From the NCBI RefSeq assembly GCF_001194135.2, contig NC_068988.1, positions 25,677,562 through 25,724,758 on the forward strand: a DNA stretch of 47,197 nucleotides. Direction: 5' to 3'. A program made the translations under genes and the position numbers. Numbering within the stretch: position 1 is the stretch's first letter; every line of letters begins with the position of its first letter. The notes under the pieces are model-generated. The model was given only the letters and a program-made list of their open reading frames with translations. It ran no database searches and was not told where the DNA came from. The DNA is from Octopus bimaculoides. Lineage: Eukaryota. Below are positions 13,677-24,924 of this stretch, piece after piece.

Positions 13677-14253
13677 CAATTTTTCGAAATATATTACATA
13701 ATGTATAATGGAAATAACATTGATTTATATATACATTTGGCAATTTTATGAAAATGTTCAGTCAGAAATGTTACTACGCAATTATACCCACCTCTGTGTT
13801 TACTAAAAATATAATGTTTCGGATTTTAAACATTTGCTGATCAATATCAACAGATTAAGCTGACACTAATTAGTAACTAGACGCATTTAAAATTCAGATG
13901 CCCCAGAGAATTCAAGTATGCAAATGAAATTCATTTCTAATTTGTCAACTTCTTCAACTTCAGTGTTTTAGCTGAGAATACAAAAGGAAATGAAAAATAC
14001 AGCCATGTTCAAGAATCATTGCCAGAAGAATTACCGAAGAATTATATCTAAGAAGAAATAACCTTCAGTAGGAAAGGGAAGTAATCATGTGCTAGTGAGA
14101 CAAAGGGATCGCTTAAGTGGTTAGTACTAATTTGCTAGTCATATATTCAATCTGTTTAGAGTATAGCAACAATGTTAAGCGCATAATGAATTGTCATTGA
14201 AGATGGAAGTGCCAATTCGTAATTCATGAGTCTCGCAGTCAATGGCATTGTAC

Positions 14254-15111
14254 TACGAGGTTCATTCCAGATGTTTTGAGACATTTTTTTTCTAAGAGAG
14301 ATTGTTATAATTGGCATGGGTTATTGTAATATTAGTATATACGTCAAATAAGCTGACCTGCAAATTTTGTTATTCCAGATTATAGGAGAAAGCTGTAATA
14401 GCACCTTGAACACACCCTGCTAAACGCTGCTGACTAGTTTGAAGAAGGCAGTCCGGCACGTGATGACACTTGTGAAGCATGTTATGCAATAAATTTTGTT
14501 ATAAACTAGGCGAAAATGCTACAGAAACTTATAAAATACTACATAGCTTATGTATTAACTTGTAGGAGCCGAGCATCTGTTATTTTGCTGGCATATGAAG
14601 CCAAGCAAAGCATGTCCACCAGGAAGCTAATGATGACCACTTTTTTCGGCTGCAATGGTATATACACCCACTGGGTTTCCTCTGGCAAGACAGTTTGCAA
14701 AAAAGAAGGGTGTGGGGATTTCTAGGGAGTTGACGGAGAGATTCCCTCGCAGTTCACCAGACGAGAATTCCATCTTGATAACCAACTATGGGAGAGAGAT
14801 TGGCATCGAAACTGTTCCTCACACTTCCTACAGTGCAGACCATGCTCCATACCACTGTTAGTCGTACTCCAACTGAAGTCATTTTGAAGGCATGGAGAAG
14901 ATGTCGACATTGAAAGACTGTGGCGGGAGTCATGGACACCCTTTGTTTGGTGAATTTCAATGCGGACTTCACAAAGTGGATGGAACGCTGCAAGTGCAAT
15001 GAAGCTAGGGGATCGTAGGGATCATTTGAATGAGATCATAATTTTGTACGTCTTGGGAATAAATAAATGTCTCTCTGACAAAAATCTCAAACTTTTCGAA
15101 TGCCCCTTCTA
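14254..15111 (+). mobile_element. Mariner-type DNA transposon, internally deleted and decayed, both TIRs retained
   Basis: The left end tacgaggttcattccagatgttttgaga resembles the reverse complement of the right end, tagaaggggcattcgaaaagtttgaga (TA termini). Transposase remnants: FEEGSPARDD (cf. FxxGxxSLED); STRKLMMTTFFGCNGI...SSGKTV (cf. KVMxTVFWDxxGI...PxGxTV); VPHTSYSADHAP (cf. LPHPPYSPDLAP). It contains frameshifts and stops, and at ~860 bp is shorter than a ~1.3 kb full mariner. Confidence 0.85.
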
Positions 15112-15511
15112 CTATGCCAAGAAAAATCGATTCTGATTGAAAGAGAATTCTGAAATAGGGAATTTTTTACAACATTTGTGCTTGATGGTGAATCGTTTAA
15201 GCTTTTATTTAGTATATGCTTCACTCAGTTATGTCCGCAAGGATTCCTTTTTATTGTATGGCGGATTGATGGATAGTTAATAGGTAGTCACACGAACAAG
15301 TTCACAAAGTACAGAATAATTGCTAAGAGCAGAAAGTGGGGTGAACATGATTCATTGTAGCATGAGCGTTTTGAATTCAGTAATGAACATAAAAAAGAAT
15401 TTAATCACGAGCTCTTAAACAAGACTTGAGATATTTACACTGGTCTGGGAACGAGATGAGAATCACTGAATGCATACACTGAATTCCTTTTTTATACACA
15501 TATAATTACAG

Positions 15512-15512
<1 letters not shown>

Positions 15513-15560
<48 letters not shown>

Positions 15561-15570
15561 ATATATAGAG

Positions 15571-15617
<47 letters not shown>

Positions 15618-15652
15618 CNNNNNNNNNNGACAGAGACAGAGACAGAGAGAGA

Positions 15653-15686
<34 letters not shown>

Positions 15687-15750
15687 CATACATACATACA
15701 TACATACATACATACATACACACATACATACATACATACATACATACATA
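15513..15750 (+). repeat. Compound microsatellite (TA)n(TG)n(TA)(GA)(GATA)n-gap-(GACAGA)n(TACA)n
   Basis: Directly visible; includes a 10-N gap. Confidence 0.95.
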
Positions 15751-16198
15751 GAGCATATGTCTAGAATGATAATGTTTAAGTACCTGAGCCTTCAAACTTT
15801 TGAAAGCTGTCTGTTCTTGTCTTGTTTTAATATTCACTAACAACTTTCATCTGAGCATTAGCAGAGTTGCAACTATAATTTCGAGGAGGAAATATTAAGA
15901 ATGCACCTGCACTTCATATTTGATGGGGATTATAGTCACTTTCTTATAGAATAATGACATATGTCTCCGGAGAGGGGAAAGAGGATTTGTATTAGAGGCA
16001 GTATAATTCGAGTTCTTCATACAGAGGCACAGACATACAATGTATATATGAAATAACCGAGATTTGACGAGAATCAATGAAAATATACATCGATACATAC
16101 AAAAGCACTCACGCATATGGTATATATGAATATATACGCACATACATAAACATACATATATACGTATATGTATGTATGTACGTATGTGCATATATATA

Positions 16199-16405
16199 TA
16201 TATATAATTTATATAAGGGTATTAACTATATAGTAATGCCTCACGCTTTTTTAAGTTAAATGTTTTTAAGAGATTAATTTTGAAAGCTGCATTTCCTCGC
16301 TTTCGGTAAATATGTTGCTTATTTCTTGGTAGTTTTTGACTTCTTTAGTCCCTCTAAGCGTGAGGCATTACTATATAGTTAATGCCCTTATATAAATTAT
16401 ATATA
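16199..16405. mobile_element. Foldback element / MITE-like inverted repeat (50 bp arms, 107 bp spacer)
   Basis: Arm 16199-16248 (tatatataatttatataagggtattaactatatagtaatgcctcacgctt) is the reverse complement of 16356-16405 (aagcgtgaggcattactatatagttaatgcccttatataaattatatata) with one mismatch, which would be a U-G wobble in + strand RNA. The outer ~7 bp are TA repeat. Confidence 0.85.
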
Positions 16406-16503
16406 CTTATGGAAAAAAATGAAGAGATTTTTTCATTATGAGGTTTTTTCACGCTGACTACTTGATAAATTCTTATAAAGATTTTATCCTATATTATATT
16501 ATG

Positions 16504-16548
<45 letters not shown>

Positions 16549-16852
16549 ATGTATATATATATATATATGAACATGGCAATCTACCATCAAGTATATTTCA
16601 GATGAACTTATTCGTATTTGATGACATAAGCATGCAATACATATAATTTGGTCTTCGCGTGATGTCTTAAGGGATAAAGACATTTTGTGAGAGAGCACCG
16701 GTCACTCAGATAAGTTTTGTAGTATAGGACGTCGAAATAGTGTGATGCGTATTAACATAATTTTCCCTCTTTTCCTTTCTTCTAAGAATTTAAGCTTTTC
16801 CTTCTGAATTATATATATTACGTACGTGATATATGCATGTACTTATGCATGC

Positions 16853-16856
<4 letters not shown>

Positions 16857-16898
<42 letters not shown>

Positions 16899-16917
16899 NN
16901 NNNNNNNNNNNNNNNNN

Positions 16918-17001
<84 letters not shown>
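16857..17001 (+). repeat. Compound microsatellite (TA)n-gap-(TG)n(TA)n(GA)n
   Basis: Directly visible. Confidence 0.95.
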
Positions 17002-17004
<3 letters not shown>

Positions 17005-17724
17005 TGAGAAAGATAATGAGAGAGAGATAGACAGCTAGATAGATAAACATAATAAACCTACTGTATCTCTTTCTCGCTCTCGCATAAACACTGCTCATAT
17101 ATACTTACATATACACATATTATTATTATAGTATATAGGTTTCTCTCTTGTATGATTACCAGAATTTGAAAAATCACTCTCTCTCTCACTCACTATGTCT
17201 CATATTTTATGCAAAATATTTGTACCTTTGAGCGTCGTATCAATTATGCTGATCCCTTACGGACATTTCTAAGATGAGCAATGCAAGTGTCATACCCTGA
17301 CGCTGATTGTGTATTTTAAAAGCATTTTCGTAATCTTATTTTTATTACATTTCCCCAAGAAAGTGTAATTGTCCTTCTGATGTAAATGTTTGAGCATCAT
17401 ACTGACTAGAAGTATACACCGCGTGCTTATTCGCATGATACTGTATATCTGCAAATGTGACTTGAGATTTAACGATGTTCTGCTCAATATCAATTCTTGT
17501 TCGATTAGGAAAAACGTACACCCATTTTGTAGATTTCTTTGAAATACTATTGCGTATAATACCTATTTTGTCACATTCGACGTTTGGACAACTAACACTA
17601 AGTAGTATGAAACAGGCTCATGTTCAAGGAAAATAAATCCACTCTATGAATTAAAAAATATTAACTCTTATTAATTTACCCCGGTTGTACAGTGAAAATA
17701 TCCCAACGCACGCACACACACATG

Positions 17725-17756
<32 letters not shown>

Positions 17757-17839
17757 CATACATATAAATATATAATTATTCAATATTAACAGTTTTGTAT
17801 TAGAAAATCAGGAATTTATACAAGGCTGTAAAAGAAGTG

Positions 17840-19106
17840 CTCAAACTAGTTGAGACATATGTACAAAGGGTGACCCACATAGTCAAGACCTGGTCTTGGC
17901 GGTGGCTATCCCTGAAAGGGAGGGCGGTGGTAGCCAATGTGTTCGTCGCATCGGTCATCGCCTACCGCCTAACCGTCGTTCCTTGCCCCGATTCGTGGTT
18001 AATCAAGCTGGAAAGACAGCTCTTCCGCTTTTTGTGGAAGAGCTGGAGACCGTTTGTGAGTCGCTCGATTTGCTGCCAACAACCGTTAAAGGGTGGACTT
18101 GGAATACCTTGGCTGTTGATGCGCAAACATGCGCTGAGGTTGAGGCATCTTTCGCTCTACCTGGATGGTGAACGGGTGTGGTCTCCGCTGGCGAAACAGA
18201 TGTTTCCCAAGTTCACTAGTTTCGGTGGATGGGAAACCTGGTTGAATCGAAGATCGAAGTTGGGTACATGTTACACGGAGTGTCGCAAGGCACTCCTNNN
18301 NNNNNNNNNNNNNNNNNNNNNNNNNNNNNNNNNNNNNNNNNNNNNNNNNNNNNNNNNNNNNNNNNNNNNNNNNNNNNNNNNNNNNNNNNNNNNNNNNNNN
18401 NNNNNNNNNNNNNNNNNNNNNNNNNNNNNNNNNNNNNNNNNNNNNGGTTGCGCCGTCCCTCCGACTTGTCCAAGATGCGAGCGGGACAGGGAAACCGTCC
18501 CACACGCTATTGTACAATGTTCGGAGGTGTCGGAGATGTGGGTATGTGCTGAACAACTGTTGTCAGGTACTAGAAGAGTACAACTATCGACTGAATCAAT
18601 TGTAAAAATTGACCCGCCGGATTTCCTCTCGAAATAAGGTAAGATTTGTTTTCTCACTGTGGTAGCAATTGCGAGACAGGTTATTTGGAAAACGAGGATG
18701 GAAGGTATAAGGTCAGACATTTTCATATCTGGCTCTGCACTGGTAAATTATTTCACCTTCCACCTCAAAAGAAAAGTAGAGCTAGAGAGAAAATGCCTGA
18801 CTGCGAAAATGTTTGAGAGTCGATGGAAGAGTGTAGCACGAAAGTTGCGAATAAATGTAACCACATGAATGAGACGAAGGACTCATCTCAGCTATCAGTG
18901 GCGAGGCGGGGCACGAGGGGGTCCGTGCTAAACCCGCCTTACCACTCCATCCGTAATGTCTTCCAGTCTGTCGCATCATTCGATTATATTTCGATTTCAT
19001 TATTAAATTTTTAAATACATGTTTCTGTTAATTCATTCGTTTTCATCTGACCCTAAATCAGGTTGTATCGTCTCCTCTATGTCGCCCCTTGTGGGTAATA
19101 ACAAAA
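17840..19106 (+). mobile_element. L1/Tx1-clade non-LTR retrotransposon, 5'-truncated: ORF2 C-terminus plus 3'UTR
   Basis: ORF 17837-18637 encodes WSWRWLSLKGRAVVANVFVASVIAYRLTVVP...ERQLFRFLWK...CCQQPLKGGLGIP, the post-RT region typical of L1/Tx1 (cf. WxxRxLSxxGR...FLW...GGLG), and the CCHC knuckle CPRCERDRETVPHAIVQC. After one in-frame TAA (18635-18637) the same frame continues VAIARQVIWKTR...FESRW to the stop at 18868. The 3'UTR ends gtgggtaataacaaaa. The 5' boundary is approximate, and there is an internal N-gap at about 18298-18445. Confidence 0.9.
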
Positions 19107-19113
19107 CTGGAGA

Positions 19114-19542
19114 CTTGTCTGCCAATGGGTATACTAAAAATTAGATTTTCTTTTTTGGTCTAGTCCATATTATTATTTATTTAAGCTTGCTCTCATAATT
19201 ATAATTTTTTGACTGGCGACTTCGTTGATGTTGGACGTGTTTTTCTGATTTTGGTTGAAGAAAGCGTTTAACGCGGTGAGTTCTCTGATTTGCGTTCTGT
19301 TGAAATTGTTTTAAGAATTGTTGTTTAAATATTATCGTTAATATTTATTGTTGAAAATTGTTTTCCTGCCCGTGTCGGGTATGGAGGAAGCAGCGTGTGC
19401 TGCGGCAGCAGGTGGGGGCTTGTCTGCCAATGGGTATACTAAAAATTAGATTGTTTTTGTTGTTTTTGGTCTAGTCCATATTATTATTTATTTAAGCTTG
19501 CTCTCATAATTATAATCTTTTGACTGGTGACTTCGTTGATGT
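19114..19542 (+). repeat. Direct repeat of a ~120 bp block (19114-19231 and 19419-19542) flanking a 187 bp spacer
   Basis: cttgtctgccaatgggtatactaaaaattagatt...tttttggtctagtccatattattatttatttaagcttgctctcataattataat...tttgactgg(c/t)gacttcgttgatgt is present twice with few differences. Confidence 0.95.
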
Positions 19543-19955
19543 CTGTGTGTCTTTTTTTACCCCGAAGAAGGGGTTATCACCAACTTGTGCTCTATTGTGC
19601 ATTAAATACGGTGATATACCCCCGAAATGGCTATAGGTGTTCTGTGTTTGTGTTCCACCTATACTCGTAATCCACTGTAAATGATGTTTATGGTTTGACT
19701 TTACTGATGTTACCTGCGGAATGGTGAAACTTGGATTTTACTTTGCCACACTTTGGATGTTCTGTTGCTGTTTTGTCCCGTGCGCTTCGGTATTCCTGTT
19801 TATGAAATTGAATTTTACCTACTAAATTTGCTGTCATGAGGGAGGTAGTTGAACTTTCGTACTACTTGTCTTGATTATTTTTTTATTGTCTATTGGCCTC
19901 AGCGAATGAACTGTTGTGCTACGTCTCCCTATGTATTATTTTTTCTCTACATTTT

Positions 19956-19991
<36 letters not shown>

Positions 19992-20500
19992 NNNNNNNNN
20001 NNNNNNNNNNNNNNNNNNNNNNNNNNNNNNNNNNNNNNNNNNNNNNNNNNNNNNNNNNNNNNNNNNNNNNNNNNNNNNNNNNNNNNNNNNNNNNNNNNNN
20101 NNNNNNNNNNNNNNNNNNNNNNNNNNNNNNNNNNNNNNNNNNNNNNNNNNNNNNNNNNNNNNNNNNNNNNNNNNNNNNNNNNNNNNNNNNNNNNNNNNNN
20201 NNNNNNNNNNNNNNNNNNNNNNNNNNNNNNNNNNNNNNNNNNNNNNNNNNNNNNNNNNNNNNNNNNNNNNNNNNNNNNNNNNNNNNNNNNNNNNNNNNNN
20301 NNNNNNNNNNNNNNNNNNNNNNNNNNNNNNNNNNNNNNNNNNNNNNNNNNNNNNNNNNNNNNNNNNNNNNNNNNNNNNNNNNNNNNNNNNNNNNNNNNNN
20401 NNNNNNNNNNNNNNNNNNNNNNNNNNNNNNNNNNNNNNNNNNNNNNNNNNNNNNNNNNNNNNNNNNNNNNNNNNNNNNNNTATATATATATATATCAACT

Positions 20501-20865
20501 GGTCATCGCCTTCACCAGACATGACCAGCCCTGAATTGTGGGGGTACCTCAACGAGGTTTATGCCAAGAAACCAGAAACCCTCGAGCAATTGAAGGAGAA
20601 TATCACTAGAGAAATCAGGGGACTGGAACCTTTATAACTGCCATGGAATATATTTTGGAAAGGACACGGATGTGTGAAGCCGAAAATGAATGCCATTTAA
20701 AGGATGCCATTTTTCGCACGTAATTCAGAGTTATGATGAAAAAGGACTAATGCAAATTAATCTCCATTACCAACTCTCTATTGAAGTAAAATTTCTTACA
20801 CCTATTTGTAAAAATAAGGGAGTTATTAGAAATTAATTCCCCTCAGTGCCTTTTGGGCCACCCTG
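20501..20865 (+). mobile_element. Tc1/mariner-superfamily transposon 3' fragment with right TIR
   Basis: The frame encodes NWSSPSPDMTSPELWGYLNEVYAKKPETLEQLKENITREI (cf. WPPRSPDLTPxDFFLWGYLKxxVYxxKPxTLxELKxxI). It ends in tcagtgccttttgggccaccctg, whose reverse complement cagggtggccc... is a typical TIR start. The 5' part probably lies in the preceding 489-N gap. Confidence 0.8.
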
Positions 20866-21922
20866 TTTTCTCACAGACACACATTCACCTACGCACGTAT
20901 GCACACACACGCAGACATGTATAAGTGTGTGAACCCGCTTGCGTATGCGTGTTGATGTTTATGCAAAAACATTATGACAATTCAAAATAGGGAATGAACA
21001 ATCTCTCTGATAGTAGGTATTATGTTCCTTCATGTTGCAACATCTGGCAAAGGAATTTGGACCTATACATGATATTTCAGCCTAGTCGACGAATTAAATC
21101 TCGATTTGCAAAGCTAAGTGGCTTACTGTATATCAGAAAAGAAACCAATATATTTTGCCACGAAAATTGTTAAAAAGCTCTAGCTATGAAATTAAACAAC
21201 AACAATAAACGCTAACAATATACTGAAGTGATATTTCTTTGAATATTTGAATGATAATATCTCGTTCAGACAGGTTACATTCATGTCTAGCTGTTGTTTT
21301 CTAATTTCAAATGTGTCTACTTTTAATGCCATACTTTAGTACTAGTTGGCACAAGCATAATTTTGTAATGGAACAACATATGTCATGCAGACCACTTCAA
21401 AATGCATTAAGTAGTATATTTCTAGCACCTTCGTAATAAAATTCATGACACCTATTATCGAAAATTTGAAATATAAAAAATATAGGTCACATTACTGACG
21501 CTATCAGATGTGAGATTTAGTGGAGGAATATATAGTATTATAACACTAAATCGTATATTTATAGAATGGCATATCCTACATTAAATATACTAAATAACAC
21601 TATTGAAATATGATGTTAGAATGGCTCTATACACTCTATTTGCTAAACAAAATGTGCTTGGGGAATGTGCATATTAATGCATAATTATTAAAGTTAACGT
21701 TTAGTTAATTTCTAGGAACTTATTTCACTATTACTGGAAAAGTATAAATGTTCTTTTATGAATAGAAAAAAAAAACCAAATACATATCGATTTTATTTCA
21801 CATGTTTTCCTGTATTTGAAATTGATAAACGAATTAAAAAAGCCGAATTAAAAACAAACAAAAAAAACTGAGTATCATATATCAAGTACAGAATAAGTAA
21901 TTTTGTTAAGTTTTCAAAATTA

Positions 21923-21957
<35 letters not shown>

Positions 21958-22101
21958 NNNNNNNNNNNNNNNNNNNNNNNNNNNNNNNNNNNNNNNNNNN
22001 NNNNNNNNNNNNNNNNNNNNNNNNNNNNNNNNNNNNNNNNNNNNNNNNNNNNNNNNNNNNNNNNNNNNNNNNNNNNNNNNNNNNNNNNNNNNNNNNNNNN
22101 N

Positions 22102-22158
<57 letters not shown>

Positions 22159-22746
22159 TGTGTGTGTGTGTGTGTATTAATGTATCATACTTATTATTGC
22201 TGGAGAATATTCCCACGCTAGGGACAATAAACTACTAGACTAGGATTTATCAAGGTACAACATAGGACTGCGTCGAAAGCTATATTCCTTTGTCCAATTT
22301 TATTTATATTTGAGAGTGGGAAGTAAAAATTAATTCTGGATTCCAGGTATGCGATTACATACACTGTTGATTGCCCTCAACAGTGAGAATTCCTTCAATT
22401 TCAAAACTGAAATTATTTTCTGCCCCAAGTAAACATATTTCACCTTATGCTACGGCTTACGTACTTATTGAATCGCACGTATTTCGTTGTAAAAACAGTA
22501 AAGTTATATTTTACTCTTGCTTCTCAGTATTCTGCTATTTCTCTGGGAGTCTGCTACTGATGAACTTGACTATTTAGTTTTTTATTTATTGCTGCTGGGT
22601 AGTTCAGTTCTTATGGCAGTGAACATTTTCGTCGTTAGTTTGTCTAGGAAATCGGCCTTGGGTGTAGTGATCGTAAATTTGGATGGTAATAATTTTATTG
22701 AGGTGGAATCTTTAGAAGTTTCTTAGATAAAATTCTTTAAATTATC

Positions 22747-22777
<31 letters not shown>

Positions 22778-24924
22778 NNNNNNNNNNNNNNNNNNNNNNN
22801 NNNNNNNNNNNNNNNNNNNNNNNNNNNNNNNNNNNNNNNNNNNNNNNNNNNNNNNNNNNNNNNNNNNNNNNNNNNNNNNNNNNNNNNNNNNNNNNNNNNN
22901 NNNNNNNNNNNNNNNNNNNNNNNNNNNNNNNNNNNNNNNNNNNNNNNNNNNNNNNNNNNNNNNNNNNNNNNNNNNNNNNNNNNNNNNNNNNNNNNNNNNN
23001 NNNNNNNNNNNNNNNNNNNNNNNNNNNNNNNNNNNNNNNNNNNNNNNNNNNNNNNNNNNNNNNNNNNNNNNNNNNNNNNNNNNNNNNNNNNNNNNNNNNN
23101 NNNNNNNNNNNNNNNNNNNNNNNNNNNNNNNNNNNNNNNNNNNNNNNNNNNNNNNNNNNNNNNNNNNNNNNNNNNNNNNNNNNNNNNNNNNNNNNNNNNN
23201 NNNNNNNNNNNNNNNNNNNNNNNNNNNNNNNNNNNNNNNNNNNNNNNNNNNNNNNNNNNNNNNNNNNNNNNNNNNNNNNNNNNNNNNNNNNNNNNNNNNN
23301 NNNNNNNNNNNNNNNNNNNNNNNNNNNNNNNNNNNNNNNNNNNNNNNNNNNNNNNNNNNNNNNNNNNNNNNNNNNNNNNNNNNNNNNNNNNNNNNNNNNN
23401 NNNNNNNNNNNNNNNNNNNNNNNNNNNNNNNNNNNNNNNNNNNNNNNNNNNNNNNNNATGTAAATTCTGTCTGTGAAAAATAATGTCTAGCATATAGATT
23501 TTGCTACTTTAAATATATTTACACGTAAACGCAATGGCAAATAATTCAAGCATAGACAGAGAAAGAAGCGTCTATAAATCTAAAACTGTTTTCATAGTAA
23601 TTTATTTGTTATATTCTATAAACGTCATTGTACTGTAAACATTCTGAGGTACCGAATGCACCACTAAGATCGATAGATGGGGTGGGGGTCATTATAGATT
23701 TACTCGGTCTGGTAGTTATACAAGACAAGACTACAATAAACCTCACATACAATTTTACAAAAGGAAGAGACGTTGGAAAAAGTATAGCCGCCTATATGTA
23801 CTATAGACAGGACAAACATAAATGTGATTCCACTAATTATGTTTCTACATGGTTAAGGCTGACACCAGATAACAAAAAATACATCAACCACAATGACATC
23901 AAAATCATTACAGTCAACAAGTCTTTCAAAACCTTCTTTAAAAATTATATACATTTCCTTATTCAATTAGAAGTGCATATTTATATTTCAGAAATTACCG
24001 TCCTCTAAACATATACACGCGCAAAACATACTGTGATATTTATATTCAGTATAAATATCGAAAATGTAATTCGTTACTCAGTAAAATGAAGATAAGGTGT
24101 GATTTAGGGATATATCATATTTAATCAATACATGAATGCTTTAAATAAATATTAGATTTAAAATATGCTTCATTTCATGATTAAACACTAAAATTGTGGG
24201 AACATTTGATATGGATATTATATTTTTTAATAAATGAAATAAGCAAAACTTAAAATTAAACTGAAGAACACACATGTGTGCAAATAGATTTCATAAATGC
24301 AAATAGATTTCAGAATGCAGGTAAAATATATCTATAAAAAACATTTTAAAACTGTCGAAAACCTGAGCGGGTGAAATGAGATCAAATATGGTACTCGTAA
24401 TTTGGTAAATGCTTCAATCTCATCAAATATGCAACATGGCCAATAACTTTCTACCATAACTTCAGATGAACCAACAACTACGAATGAATTTAGTGATATC
24501 CTTATTGTGTGAAGAAAACAGCAAGAAAACAGTCGATTTAGTTGTACCTATTCTCGCGTCATCGACCTAATTTGCAAATCACATTTAGCATTTTCATGTG
24601 ATGTTATTTAGATCACTCTTTTTAGTATTTGGAGATGTCCATCGCTGGAATCTTGTATATGGGCAACGTACTAATGTAGAAATGCATTAGGCATGGTTTC
24701 TTTGTCCTTTCCTTCCACCAGGTTCAAAGATCCTGCAAAAGATCTATGGATGCTTCTTTCCTCACCGAAGGCTCATATGAAAAGCGAAAGATTTTTTAAA
24801 ATATAAATTCTGTTAGAGGTTAAATGATAAATATATATATCTTATTCGAACGATCGACCCAGTAAATGAATAGAGGTTTGGTTGTTTAAAACTGTAAAAG
24901 AAAATTAAATAGTCAAATTTGTTA

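Noticed and set aside
16698-16760. caccggtcactcagataagttttg resembling a mariner TIR
   Set aside because: No partner TIR or transposase remnant nearby.
17843-19114. Possible target-site duplication of the Tx1 element (caaactagttgagac versus caaaactggagac)
   Set aside because: Not identical, and the left sequence may be element-internal. No clean TSD could be defined.
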